A stretch of 64,000 nucleotides of DNA from NCBI GenBank assembly GCA_030390025.1, contig CM059432.1:28398001-28462000 (forward strand), in the 5' to 3' direction. Shown here piece by piece: positions 51,929 to 64,000 of this stretch (within the stretch, counting starts at the first letter, position 1; each line of letters opens with the position of its first letter). The notes beneath the pieces are model-generated. The model ran no database searches, was not told the DNA's origin, and was given only the letters and a program-made list of their open reading frames with translations. The position numbers were made by a program, and so were the translations under genes. The stretch is from Squalus acanthias (lineage: Eukaryota).

Positions 51929-54872
51929 GGGAACAGCAGCATAGTGGTTATGTTACTGGACTAGTAATCCAGAGACCTGGACTGATAAGCCAGAGCCGTG
52001 AGTTCAAATCCCACCATGGCAGCTGTGGAATTTAAACTCAGTTGATTAAATAAATCTGGAATAAAAAAAGCTAGTATCAGTAATGGTGACCATGAAACTA
52101 TCAGATTGTCATTCACTAATGTCTTTAGGGAAGGAAATCTGCTATCCTTACCTATGTGTGACTCCAGATCCACAGCAATGTGGTTGACTCTTAACTGCCC
52201 TCTGAAATGGCTTAGCAAGCCACTCAGTTGTACACAACCACTACGAAAAACAATAAGAAAAATAAATCCGGACGGACCACCCTCTGCACTGGCTTCAGAT
52301 ACGACAACGGCACGGGGGGAGTGGCCCTGGGAGTCCTCAACATTGACTCCGGACCCCATGAAGACTCATGGCTTCAGGTCAAGCATGGGCAAGGAAACAA
52401 CCTACTGCTCTCCCTCAGTACTCTTCCATGCAAGGGCACAAAATGTACTCTGGGTGGGGGACTTCAATGTCCATCACCAAGAGTGGCTCGGTAGCACCAC
52501 TACGAGCTGGCCGAGTCCTGAAGGACATAGCTGCCAGGTGGTGAGAGAACCAACACGAGGGAAAAACCTACTTGACCTCGTCCTCACCAATCTACCTGTC
52601 GCAGCTTTTGTTGGAAGTAGTGACAAAATCCCGTCTTCACACTGAGGACACCCTCCATCGTGTTGTGTGGCACCAGCACTGTGCTAAATGGGATAGATTC
52701 AGATCTAGCAGCTCAAAACTGGGCCATCAGCAGCAGAATTGTATTCCTTCCCAATCTGTGACCTCATGGCCCGGCATATCCCTCACTCTACCATTATCAA
52801 GCCAGGGGACCAACCCTGGTTCAATAAGGAGTGTAGAAGAGCATGCCAGGAGCAGCACCAGGCATGCAAATGAAGTGCCAACCTGGGGAAGCTGCAAAAC
52901 ATGACTACATGCATGCTAAACAGCGGAAGCAGCATGCTATAGACAGAGCTAAGCGATCCCACAATCAACGGATCAGATCAAAGCTCTGCATTCCTGCCAC
53001 ATCCAGTCGTGAATGGTGGTGGACAACTAAACAATTAACGGGAGGAGGAGGCTCTATGAATATCCGCATCCTCAATGATGACAGAGCCCAGCACGCGAGT
53101 GCAAAAGACAAGGCTGAAGCGTTTGCAACCATCTCAGCCAGAAGTGCTGAGTGGATGATCCATATCGGCCTCCTCCTGAGGTCCCCACCATCACAGAAGC
53201 CAGTCTTCAGCCAATTCGATTCACTCCACGTGATATCAAGAAACAGCTGAGCGCATTGGATACAGCAAAGGCTATGGACCCGGACAACATCCCAGCTGTC
53301 GTGCTGAAGACTTGTGCTCCAGAACTAGCCGCGCCTCTAGCCAAGCTGCTCCAGTACAGGTACAACACTGGCATCTACCTGACAATGTGCAAAAGGGCCC
53401 AGGTATGTCCTGTCCACAAAAAGCAGGACAAATCCAATTATCGCCAAATCAGCCTACTCTCAATCATCAGCAGTGATGGAAGCTGTCATCGACAGTGCTA
53501 TTAAGCGGCACTTACTCAACAATAATCTGCTCACCGATGCTCAATTTGGGTTCCGCCAGGACCACTCGGCTCCAGACCTCATTACAGCCTTGGTCCAAAC
53601 ATGGACAAAACAGCAGAATTGCAGAGGTGAGGTGAGAGTGACTGCCCTTGACATCAAGGCAGCAGTTGACTGAGTGTGGCATTAAGGAGCCCTAGTAAAA
53701 TTGAAGTCAATGGGAATCAGGGGGAAAACTCTCCACTGGCTGGAGTCATACCTAGCACAAAGGAAGATGGTTGTAGTTGTTGAAGGTCAATCATCTCAGC
53801 CCCAGATCAATCATCTCATCTCCAACAAGCGAGAGTCTAACCACCGCTCCTTGATATTCAACGGCATTACCATCGCTGCATGAGTTCCTCAGGGCAGTGT
53901 TCTGGGCCCAACCATCTTCAGCTGCTTCCTCAATGACCTTCCCTCCATCATAAGGTCAGAAGTGGGGATGTTCGCTGATGATTGCAGTGTTCAGCTCCAT
54001 TCGCAACTCCTCAAGATAATGAAGCAGTCCATGCCTGAATGCAGCAAGACCTGGATGACATTCAGGCTTGGGCTGATAAGTGGCAAGTAACATTCACGCC
54101 ACACAAGTGCCAGGCAATGACTACCTCCAACAAGCGAGAGTCTAACCACCGCCCCTTGACAGTCAACGGCATTACCATCGCCGAATCCCCAACCATCAAC
54201 ATCCTGGGGGGGGTCACCATTGACCAGAAACCTAACTGGACCAGCCACATAAATACTGTGGCTACAAGAGCAGGTCAGAGGCTGGGTATTCTGCAGCGAG
54301 TGTCTCACCTCCTGACTCCCTAATTCCACCATCTACAAGGCACAAGTAAGGAGTGTGATGGAATACTCTCCACTTGCCTGGATGAGTGCAGCTCCAACAA
54401 CACTCAAGAAGCTCGATACCATCCAGGACAAAGCAGCTCGCTTGATTGGCACCCCTTCCACCACCTTAAACATTCACTCCCTCCACCACCAGCGTACCGT
54501 GGATGCAGTGTGTACCATCTACAAGATGCACTGCAGCAACTCGCCAAGGCTTCTTCAGCAGCACCTCCCAAACCGCGACCGGAACCACCTAGAAGGACAA
54601 GGGCAGCAGGCACATGGGAACACCATCACCTGCAAGTTCCCCTCCAAGTTACACACCATCCTGACTTGGAATTATATCGCCGTTCCTTCATCGTCGCTGG
54701 GTCAAAATCCTGGAACTCCCTTCCTAACAGCACCGTGGGAGCACCTTCACCACACGGACTGCAGCGGTTCAAGACGGCGGCTCACCATCACCTTCTCAAG
54801 GGCAATTAGGGATGGGCAATAAATGCTGGCCTTGCCAGCGACGCCCACATCCCAGGAACATATATAAAAAAA
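51929..54872 (+). mobile_element. tRNA-headed LINE (CR1/L2 group), head to poly(A), internally deleted
   Basis: tRNA-like head; APE (GDFNVHHQEWL, REPTRGKNLLDLVLTN); RT (ALDIKAA, VPQGSVLGP, MFADD); tail and poly(A). Interrupts a contiguous CR1 fragment. Confidence 0.9.
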
Positions 54873-55857
54873 CTTGGCTCGTATTCCCTTGAGTATAGAA
54901 GATTGAGGCATGATCTGATCAAGGTGTTTAAACTGTTAAAAAGATTCAATAGGGTAGATACAGGGTAACTATTTCCTCTGGTAGGGGAATCAAGAACGAC
55001 GGGATATAATCTTAAAATTAGAGCTTGGCCATTCAGGAGCGAAATCAGGAAGAACCTTTTTACACAAAGGGACAGGATAAATCTTAATTTAGAAAGACAC
55101 GGATTAATCAGGGACAGTCAGCATGGATTTGTTAAGGGACGGTCATGTCCGACTAACTGAGGAGGTAACAAGGAGGGTCGATGAGGGTAGTGCGTTTGAT
55201 GAAGTTTAAATGGATTTTAGCAAGGCTTTTGATAAGGTCCCACATGGCAGACTGGTCACGAAAGTAAAAGACCATGGGATCCAAGGCAAAGTGGCAAGTT
55301 GGATCCAAAATTGGCTCAGAGGCAGGAAACAAAGGGTAATGGTCGAAGGGTGTTTTTGTGACTGGAAGGCTGTTTCAAGTGGGGTTCCGCAGGGCTCAGT
55401 ACTGGGTCCTTTGCTTTTTGTGGTATATCTCAATGATTTGGACTTGAATGTAGGAAGTATGATTAAGAAGTTTGCAGATGATACAAAAATTGGCCGTGTG
55501 GTTGATAATGAAGAAGAAAGCTGCAGACTGCAGGAAGATATCAATGGACTCGTCAGGTGGGCAGAACAGTGGCAAATGGAATTCAATCTGGAGAAGTGTG
55601 AGGTAATGCATTTGGGGAGGGCTAGCAAGGCAAGGGAATACACTATAAATAGTAGGACACTGAGAAGTGCAGAAGATCAGAGGGACCTTGGAGTGCATGT
55701 CAGGACTGGGATTGATAGATTTTTGTTAGGTAAAGGTATCAAGGGATATGGAGCTAAGGCGGGTAAAGGGTAGTTCAAGTACAGATCAGTCATGATCTAA
55801 CTGAATGGTGGAACAGGTTCGAGAGGCTGAATGGCCTACTCCTATTCCTATGATCCT
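54873..55857 (+). mobile_element. Composite CR1 fragments (RT segment 55071-55702 within another CR1 3' end)
   Basis: 187-aa RT ORF MDFSKAFDKVPHGRL...FADDTK. Confidence 0.88.
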
Positions 55858-57290
55858 AAAAAAAGACAGTTTTAGAGTCAAGATGAATTGCAAAAAACAG
55901 AATGAGCAAGAATTCAAACTATTAAAAACAAAGTATTTTCTTTAAAAGAAAATTTACCCCAACTCTTTCCTCCCCAGAGACGATTAAATATTTTGCAATT
56001 CAAATTCTAGTCGTGTTTTGGTGTCCATTATTTTATATCCATATTGTCTATCCTGTACTAGTAATTTACTGTCAATGGTTCGGCATCCATGACATTGTAG
56101 TAGAAGAACAAAGAGGGAAAGCACCAACTTTATCGAAACCACAGAGTTTCTTTTAAATCTGGGGACTTCCCCCATGATTCAATGAGTTTCCCCAGTGAGT
56201 AGTTGAGCTACTTTAACCAGGAAGGCGTCAGGTTCGATAGCTGGATCACAAGGATGGCAGGAGAGGGGTTATAACTGGACTCGGTGCCCGAGTTGGAGGA
56301 GGAGGGTGGGAATCAGTCCTGATCACTATTCACTGACCCCTGCTAATGTGTGAGCGTGGTCATACGAGGACAGGATCAGTCAGTTGTGATGTTAGATAGC
56401 TCACCAACTCTGCCAATGGCTACATGGGTGAGGATCAGCAGGCAGTGATACCTAAATTCAGTACATCTAGGAAAGGAGGGGCGGGGGGCAGTTAGCCAAA
56501 ATAAAAGTAGCTGACTTGCAATGATAGCTTTCCTGCATTATGGTTTTTATTGCTGCTCCCCAGAAATGCATCTTTTGAACTGTGTGCATGCAAGGCAGTG
56601 AGTAGTGTTCCATTCATTTTCTGTAGAAAGGAAATTTCCAGTGCCTGATAACATTGTATACCATACATCACCAAACACAGCACCACAACAATAAAATATT
56701 TTAAAGGAATTTGCCGCCATGTATATAATCGGCACTTAAACAGGTACCTCTGTGAATTTTGCACTGTGATATAACCTAAGGGCAGATGGAAACTATTCTG
56801 GTGTTTTAGATTATCAATTTTTGCTTGATTTACTGAGAGCTGTCTGTTCATCTTTATGCACACTCCGTTAAGGGTGTGCTATCCTCCCCGCTCAATTTTA
56901 CTCTATGTATCCGCCCAAGTGATCATTAATGCCCAAGTGCAAAAGAGATCAAATCTGTCCCGTTGACTCTATGATGCAGCTGCCCTTTATATCTCAGTGG
57001 TCATTATTCATACGTGAGCCTTGACAGTATGCACTGGCAGGTGCTCTGACTTGGCCAGAGAGCAAGACAGCAGCTGACAGTATAACTTGGGTATGTCGGC
57101 CATGTGTTGCTCCAGCCAGGAACGGTCTCCTGCTTCCAAAAGTTCTTGCATACTTATGCAATCTAAGATCTACAGCACTTTTCTGGTCCTAGGCCAGGGC
57201 CAACTGAATTGGTAGAAAATTCCTTGCTCACCACCACCTCCCCCCCCCCCGCCCGCAACAACTCATTTACTAGCAAAAATCAACACCAAC

Positions 57291-57488
57291 CTGATGAAGA
57301 GGAAGCCACGCTCGCATCAGTTATCATTTTAGAATGAGGTTTCATCGTTTGTTCTTTTTCAGGGGGTTGAAGAGAAGAAACAGATGCTGTGGTCTTGTGC
57401 CTAGAATGCTGGGAGAGGTCAAGAGGCACCAAGTCATTGAACTCAAGGCAATTGGACTCTCCGGGCAGAAGCTGGAAACTGTCAAAAT
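57291..57488 (-). CDS. PHF20L1: PHF20L1 coding exon (DFDSFQLLPGE...VPLDLSQ...ASSSSG)
   Basis: Acceptor ttttggttcag, donor G|gttggt, 198 nt, phase 1-1, open frame. The PLDLS motif resembles human PHF20L1. Confidence 0.85.
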
Positions 57489-60400
57489 CTGAACCAAAAC
57501 AGAAACAGCACAAGTGAATGACGTTGTACGTTGCCCAGTGGAATGCTTATGTATCACAGTACTAAGTAGGCATGGCAAATTGTTTGAAAACTCACCGACT
57601 ATCAATGTAATAAGTATGCCTGCCTAACAATAGTCTCTGCACTCCAAAAGTGTGAAGTACTTTGAGGGCTCAACAAAGTGATAAGCCACTATATAAATGA
57701 AAGTATTGTTAGGACAAGTTACGATATGCATGAAAATAGAGGGGCCACCTCACAACGTACAGCACCGCAACTTTCAGTCTACACTGCGCAGTAGCCCGTG
57801 GGTTGGAGAAAGGAAATCTGAATCGACACAAGAGGTCAGAGCTCTACAGCCGAGTGGCAAAAGGCAACCCCTGAAATTCAACATGTGAAAGAAAAACCAG
57901 AAAATGTTTGAAATGCACAGCAGGTCACAGTCAGCAGCTGAGAACAAAAGCTAGGTTAGCGTTTCAGGCGGGTAGTTCCAACAAATGCTTCCATTTGAAA
58001 CACTGACATTTGTGTACTGACCCTGCTGTATGTTTCCAGCATTTTCCTGTTTATTATTCCAGATTTCCAGCGTTCGTGTTGTTTCTTTTCATCACTAAAC
58101 TCCCAACATTGGCCCCAGCCACAATAATTATGTTGGCTCAATAGAACTTGCGAATACTTTGAATATTCTCAATATGATGAACATTGGCCGAAAAACACGT
58201 CGAAGCAAGCTAGCCGAGACTACAAAATGATTAGGCTGAGAATATGAAGTGTTCAAGCAGAAAAGTGCAGTGCATATTTAAAATGGGAATCATTCAATTC
58301 ATCCAACTAGCTAATGGAATTTGAGCCGACCTTCCACACTCTTATTGCAATAACGACCAAGTGCTCATTTTCCTCTTGCATACCCAACATTACTTTTCTC
58401 TTCAACAACTCTAATGCGCTATGAAAGCCAAGTTCATCTAGGACTGGGATACTGCTCCCATATCTGGGAGGCATTGCTAACGCCTCTCAACACTCCTGAA
58501 AAAGCTTGTCGTCTGACAAGATGGCACTGTTCTCCTCACTACTCTCTTTCTGTTACAGTCATTCTGTTACAGTCACAACATCATTTTTTTTCCCCCTTCT
58601 CATTTTATCAATACCACTGTGGATAGTTGTCTGCTAAATTATCGCTCTTCCCATGATACAAATTCTTACTGTGTGAAATCGAGGTTCATTACGCAGCCTG
58701 TACATCATTGGATGTGATGCACTTTAAGACATCCTGAGGACTTGGAAGGCACTACATAAATGCAAGGTTTTTTTTTTGCTTTTGCTACTCTTAACTACCT
58801 TATCTGGGACCTTAACACTGTGGAATTCCTTACTTCCCTCAGTCTTCCTTTCCTCCTCCAAGCTTGACGTCACCAATTCATTACTTCCTACTTTACCTCA
58901 TCTTCACTTCATGAACGTTTCTCAAATTTAAAAAAAGCCTGCGCTCGTCAGTTACATTGGAGCATCCACTCAACATTACTGTGTAATCGGAGAACTCTCT
59001 AACAGTAAACACAAAGTGCATACATATAGACAAGCAAGCTAGCAATATGAACAAAGCACACAATGAAGCATCCAGTGCATGGCTGAATATTGTACAAATT
59101 AGAATAGAAATAGATTTCTGCAATTTTGTTTTATGTAGGAACAGGCAATGTACTCTTAAACTGTGCAAATTAACTCTATTCTCTGCCTTTATTTAAAACA
59201 CTTTTTTAGATAAACAATCTCCCAATTCCAGAGAGTTTGCGCAATTACTTGTTTGATTCCGATTTACAATCACCTGACTTGCACTGAAGTCTGATATAAA
59301 TTTCACTTCCTCAGGGTGAAATCTCAGCATGGGACTGATATTCCCATCCTCTGGAATAAGACCAGACAATGCTGAAAATATGCAGTCATCAGCAAGGATA
59401 GCTTAACCTCTCGGGTGATCCGGTTCATCAGGACAGTTCTAATGAAGGGTCCCACCCAAAATGATCACCCATCTTTCCTTCAGATGCTGACTTACCTCTG
59501 TGCATTGCCAGCATTTTCTGCTCTTATTTTAGATTTCCATCATTTGCTCACCCACCTGTTTTGCACAGCAGCTTTCATCATTCACGTAAACTGACAACTG
59601 AATCAGCACTATTGCCAATAGCAGGTTTTGCATCTTGACACAATTGTTCACATTTAGTAAAAAAAATCTATTTTTGTGCTTGTGTTGTGCTAGGAATCCT
59701 AATGTTTGGTGCAGCACAAGTGAGGCATCTTATAAAGTTACCCCAATCTATGACTGGAACAAACTGTGTACAACAGCATCAAGCACCAGCATAAATAAAA
59801 GCAGCGGCCATTCAGACCAGCTAAGCAGATGCAGGATTGGCTTGGGCGGAGAGCAAATCTGGCCCCCATCCTCTGCACATTTGAAGTCACTGGCTCAAGC
59901 TGGGTTGTGATTCCACAAGGATCTCACCATAATTGGCCAGTCGCCACATGCGTTGGCCGTTATTTAACTGTAAGGGGCACTGCAGCCCTTGACCTTACTC
60001 GACATCCACAAGTCTATTTTACAGCAAGGGTCACTGGATGGGCAGGATGCAGGGCTCATCTGTTCCCCCTCCTCTCGACCAAGTTAGTTACAGGGTGCTG
60101 TGACCAAGTGCTACAACCCTACTGCTACCTAGGCTAAGATCATCTTACTCGGCACAGGTCAGCTTAGTTCCACACGAGACAGTGCATGTACCCACTAAGC
60201 GATCAGAAAAACCTCTGTGGGCTATTGTTGATACAGCAGAGGTGAAGCACCTTCTTGTAATTTTTAAAATGGAGAAATTTAAATACATACGTGACAAACT
60301 AATCTTTTTTCACAGCCAATGAATCACTTTTGAAATGTAATCACTTGCGTGACTACACTGCAAATGTTATTCATTGGCTGAAAGCAATTTTGGATATCCT

Positions 60401-63400
60401 GAGGACCTAAAAGTTGCTTTATAAATGCAAGTTCTTTGCTTCTTAAAACATTGATGCCTGCCAACAGTCTTTTTCTCATGTAAAAGATTACTCCTCAAAT
60501 TCTCAATTTTAGCTGCTTTAACCTTTAATTAAAACCACGTGTAGCCTCGCCAGTAACCAGCAAGATTCACTCCACTGATAGTTATACTCAACGAGCAGTT
60601 ATTTCAGGCAGCTCTTCGGTGTCACCTACAGGAAATTTCTCAGAAAATGGATATCCGAGGCTACAAGGCAGTAGAAACATCAAGGGAGTTAAATGACACT
60701 ACAAATCATGAGGGAAAAGCTGAAGGAGTGCGCAATTTTCTTCTGAACCTCAAGATTAGATTATTAGCTTGCAATCATTCATTTTTTTTTTAAATTTCAG
60801 GAGATGGGCCCTGGTATGGTCTTTATCTTCACTCCAAGTCTAAGAGGCACAAACTCGAACATACTTGGCACGCAACCAGTTTCGCCTCGACTGCATCGAG
60901 CTCTACCAGGTCTTGCTCGCCACTGCCAAAACTGACCACTACTCTACAACCATGCTGGAAGGGAAAGAAAGCCCCAGGCTCCTTTTCTTTACCACCAACC
61001 ACTTCCCCAAACCCCTCTCCCTAGCTATTAAGCCTCGAGGCTCTTCTCTAAACTGCCTCCAGAATACTATTCAGCTTTGGGCAGATTAACTGTGGCAGTA
61101 GTGGTCAGAGTACCTACTGCCACTACACTCCACATTGTTGGTGCAAAATTACTCCCTCTGGCACCAAGGAATTCCCACAACTCCTCCACTGCTAATGGTG
61201 TCCAAGATCGTCTTGTCCAAGTCAAACATTTGCCCCCCTGCCCCACATCCTTCAAACAATCCAACTTTCTATAAAGTCTGAAATACTGCTCTCATACCAA
61301 GGGGCTTTCTAGCACCTCCCTCCTAATCAACAGGATTTAACGAAAAAAAATCTTTTGATAGGTGATCATCCTCTGAACTCTAGCCTTCAAACTCTCTTTC
61401 CCAATTGCAACCTTTCTGCTCTCTGTTAAAGTCATTGTTCCTCTGAAGTTTCCTCCAATGTTCTTCCTCCTTTGCACCATCTCTGATCATCATTTCATAG
61501 GACCTCCCTCATTAAAAGCTTTTAAAATTCAAGCTTGAAATCTTCTAAATCACTACTGATTCATTTCCTTTGACTTTAATGGTGCTGTCCCTGCACGATG
61601 GGCCTTAGCCCTTCACCTAGGTATCCGAATTTTAACAAAAACGTCAAAGCATTGTAACATTAACTGAAGTCATTTTAGCAACAGAAAAGAGAGTTATCGC
61701 CAATTGCCAGGAATTTTTTCTAAACATATAGCTCAATTCAAATAAATTATAGCAGTCATTTGAACATTAAAAATATTCCAACTGTAGTAAACTATATATT
61801 AAATTCAACAGTTGGGAACTTTTCTGTAACTTTACAACTTAAGAAAAAAAACCCTGTTGATGCTGCAGTTCCCGTCATATAGTTTAATTAAAGATTCTGG
61901 TTACACGTCATAAAACTTGGAAATCACCTTCATGTTTCAGAATCAGAAAACTAACACCAGAAAAAATACCCACACCACAGACTGAATTTTTAAAAGAAAG
62001 TTTGCATGCATATAGATACCTCAAAATGAGTTTAAGGTTTGGGCAAGGTTTGTAATTTATTTGCGGTTTAGGGATATGAACTTTTGGTCTGGCTACTGCC
62101 AGATATCCAATATTATCTTATCTATCATAGCTGTGGCCATTCAGTAACGTGCAGAACCTTCGTCCCCATCCCCACTCTGAGTGGGTGATTCTGTTTGTGT
62201 ATGCCACTAATATGGCAGGGGAAAGCATCCCCCTTAAAATGGACCGCCTTTACCAGTCGTTTAAAAAGACTCATTCGTAAAAGTAAGTCTGAATCAGTGC
62301 TGCAAAGTAACAGATGTATGGGGTGTGCACAAGGTTCTAATCATACTCGAGGGGTTTGATTGATGCTATTAACCACAAGGCAGAGTTTTCAAAAAGTTAA
62401 TATTTTGAAAAATCCAGCATTTCTTCCTCCTGAGCGTTTCCTGTGGAGTTTAATCATAAGAGTTCCATTACTGACCCCAGTGTTGCCATTGAGAATGCAG
62501 AGTGTTGCCATGTGATCTTCAGTCATGTGCCAGGAAGTGTTTCAAACATTGATGCATTAGACCTGGGCTTTGATAGCACCAGCTGCTGGAAGAGAAGGTT
62601 TTAACGGCAGGAATGCACTTTTAGCAAGTTACAATATGTCATTATATGTAATTTAAATAAATTATTTAAGTCAGAGCAAAAGTGCTTTTAGAATCTGAAA
62701 AGCATGGCAGTTTTAATTCTTGGGAATGGCAAGGGGGGGGGGGGGGGGGGTGCTTGCCACTCCTATATCCTCCTCCCAGATATGGGTGCTGTTCCCATAA
62801 TCCCAACCCACTTCCCCACCTGCAAAAACTACACTAATTTAACTAATCTACTTTTTAATTCCCAACTGCCTCGCCACTACACTCACTATAACAAAACTTT
62901 TCTCTTGAAAGTCAGAGGGGCAAAAATAAGTCGGAGTGGGGGAGCAGCCATTTTAGAGGATAAGAACCCTGATGTTGAAGCCATCCTTGTGACTGCCAGA
63001 ATTACGTCCCACTTTTTTTTTTAAATTTAGGAAATAGGTAGATACCTTTGAACATGTGATAGACTTTTTGTGCTGTAATTGGTTAGATAGATCATGAGGA
63101 AGACCTCAAGTTTTTAACTAACAAAAAAAAGACAAACAGCAAGGGTTCTGCAATCCAACATAGTCATAACTTTTATTTTTTTTTTTCCTTTGTTTAGCAA
63201 GACAGTATTTTCCTCTTTTACAAAAAAAGTATAGCAGAATAAGTAATTAAAGTTTTATAAAAATTCTTCATGAGGTAGTGTACTTGGCAACAAGGCTCCC
63301 TGCATTACTGTACACACACTTGGTCCCGATGCACATATCCAGCGGTTTCCTTTCAGCGAATCGTAACACTACCTCGTGATGGATTTTTTAAAAATTGCTT

Positions 63401-64000
63401 TAAAAAAAAAGATGTACAACACATTGAATAAGTTCCTTGACAAAACAACCTCCTCTTCTGCCACTAATATGATCAATAGCTTACATTGACTTGACGTCAA
63501 AGACATCATGCGACTTATAGCCTTCACGCACCGACATCAAATGGCACGACTATAACATTGCTCAACAACATCAGAAGAGTACATTCAATTCAAGTAAGCA
63601 CCAATGGCATTGAGTGAGTTACAAGGCAGTTACACCAATCGTAGGCTTCAGATCAGGGTTCTTACTAGGAATTTTACTCTTTTTTTTCAAAAAAGGAAAA
63701 CGACTTATCTTTAGTCCCCTCAGAGAAAAGAAAAACAAAACAGCCTTTGGTTGCAAATATTCTTTTCATCAAAAGTTCATCTCATTCTCTTATTTCTCCC
63801 TTTCTCTACCCATTTCATGTTCTATTTAGCCCCAAACAATAAATCAACTGAAAATGTCAGTGGTAGAGAGCATGATTTCAGCCTGGTAGTCTATAAAGAA
63901 GCGAGAGATATGGGGAAAAAGAAACTGAATTTTGAAACAAATCCATTGTCCAAGTCAAGCCGTGCTTCTCTCAGTACCCAAGAGCAGCAATGACAGGACT

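Larger units (their letters stand above)
5270..57488 (-). other. PHF20L1: PHF20L1 gene span (3' portion, 12 coding exons; 5' exons beyond the window end)
   Basis: Exon translations match PHF20L1 as recalled (PHD finger; C-terminal ...[10 protein letters not shown]...[30 protein letters not shown]). All junctions are GT-AG with consistent phases. Confidence 0.95.

Overview
This is vertebrate genomic DNA, very probably a cartilaginous fish (inferred from the repeat families). The window holds the 3' two-thirds of a PHF20L1 gene on the minus strand. Twelve coding exons (57488 down to 5270, about 737 codons) join in frame through GT-AG junctions and encode a C2H2 zinc finger, a poly-Lys tract, a PHD finger and the conserved C-terminus. 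A ~2 kb 3'UTR follows; the Tudor-encoding 5' exons lie beyond the window. The introns are packed with decayed transposons: CR1 and L2 LINEs, Deu-domain SINEs, PIF/Harbinger, hAT and pogo/Tigger DNA elements, a solo LTR, and Penelope-like palindromes. The most notable observations are (1) a LINE that begins with a tRNA-Thr-like Pol III head, shows no ORF1, and has an internally deleted SINE derivative; (2) a TSD-flanked 110-bp-arm palindrome carrying hammerhead-ribozyme core motifs on both strands; (3) a zinc-finger exon flanked by inverted MITE pairs; (4) candidate poison exons and acceptors; (5) multiply nested insertions and local templated insertions. Repeat family names come from motif recall, not a database search, and many repeat boundaries are approximate.
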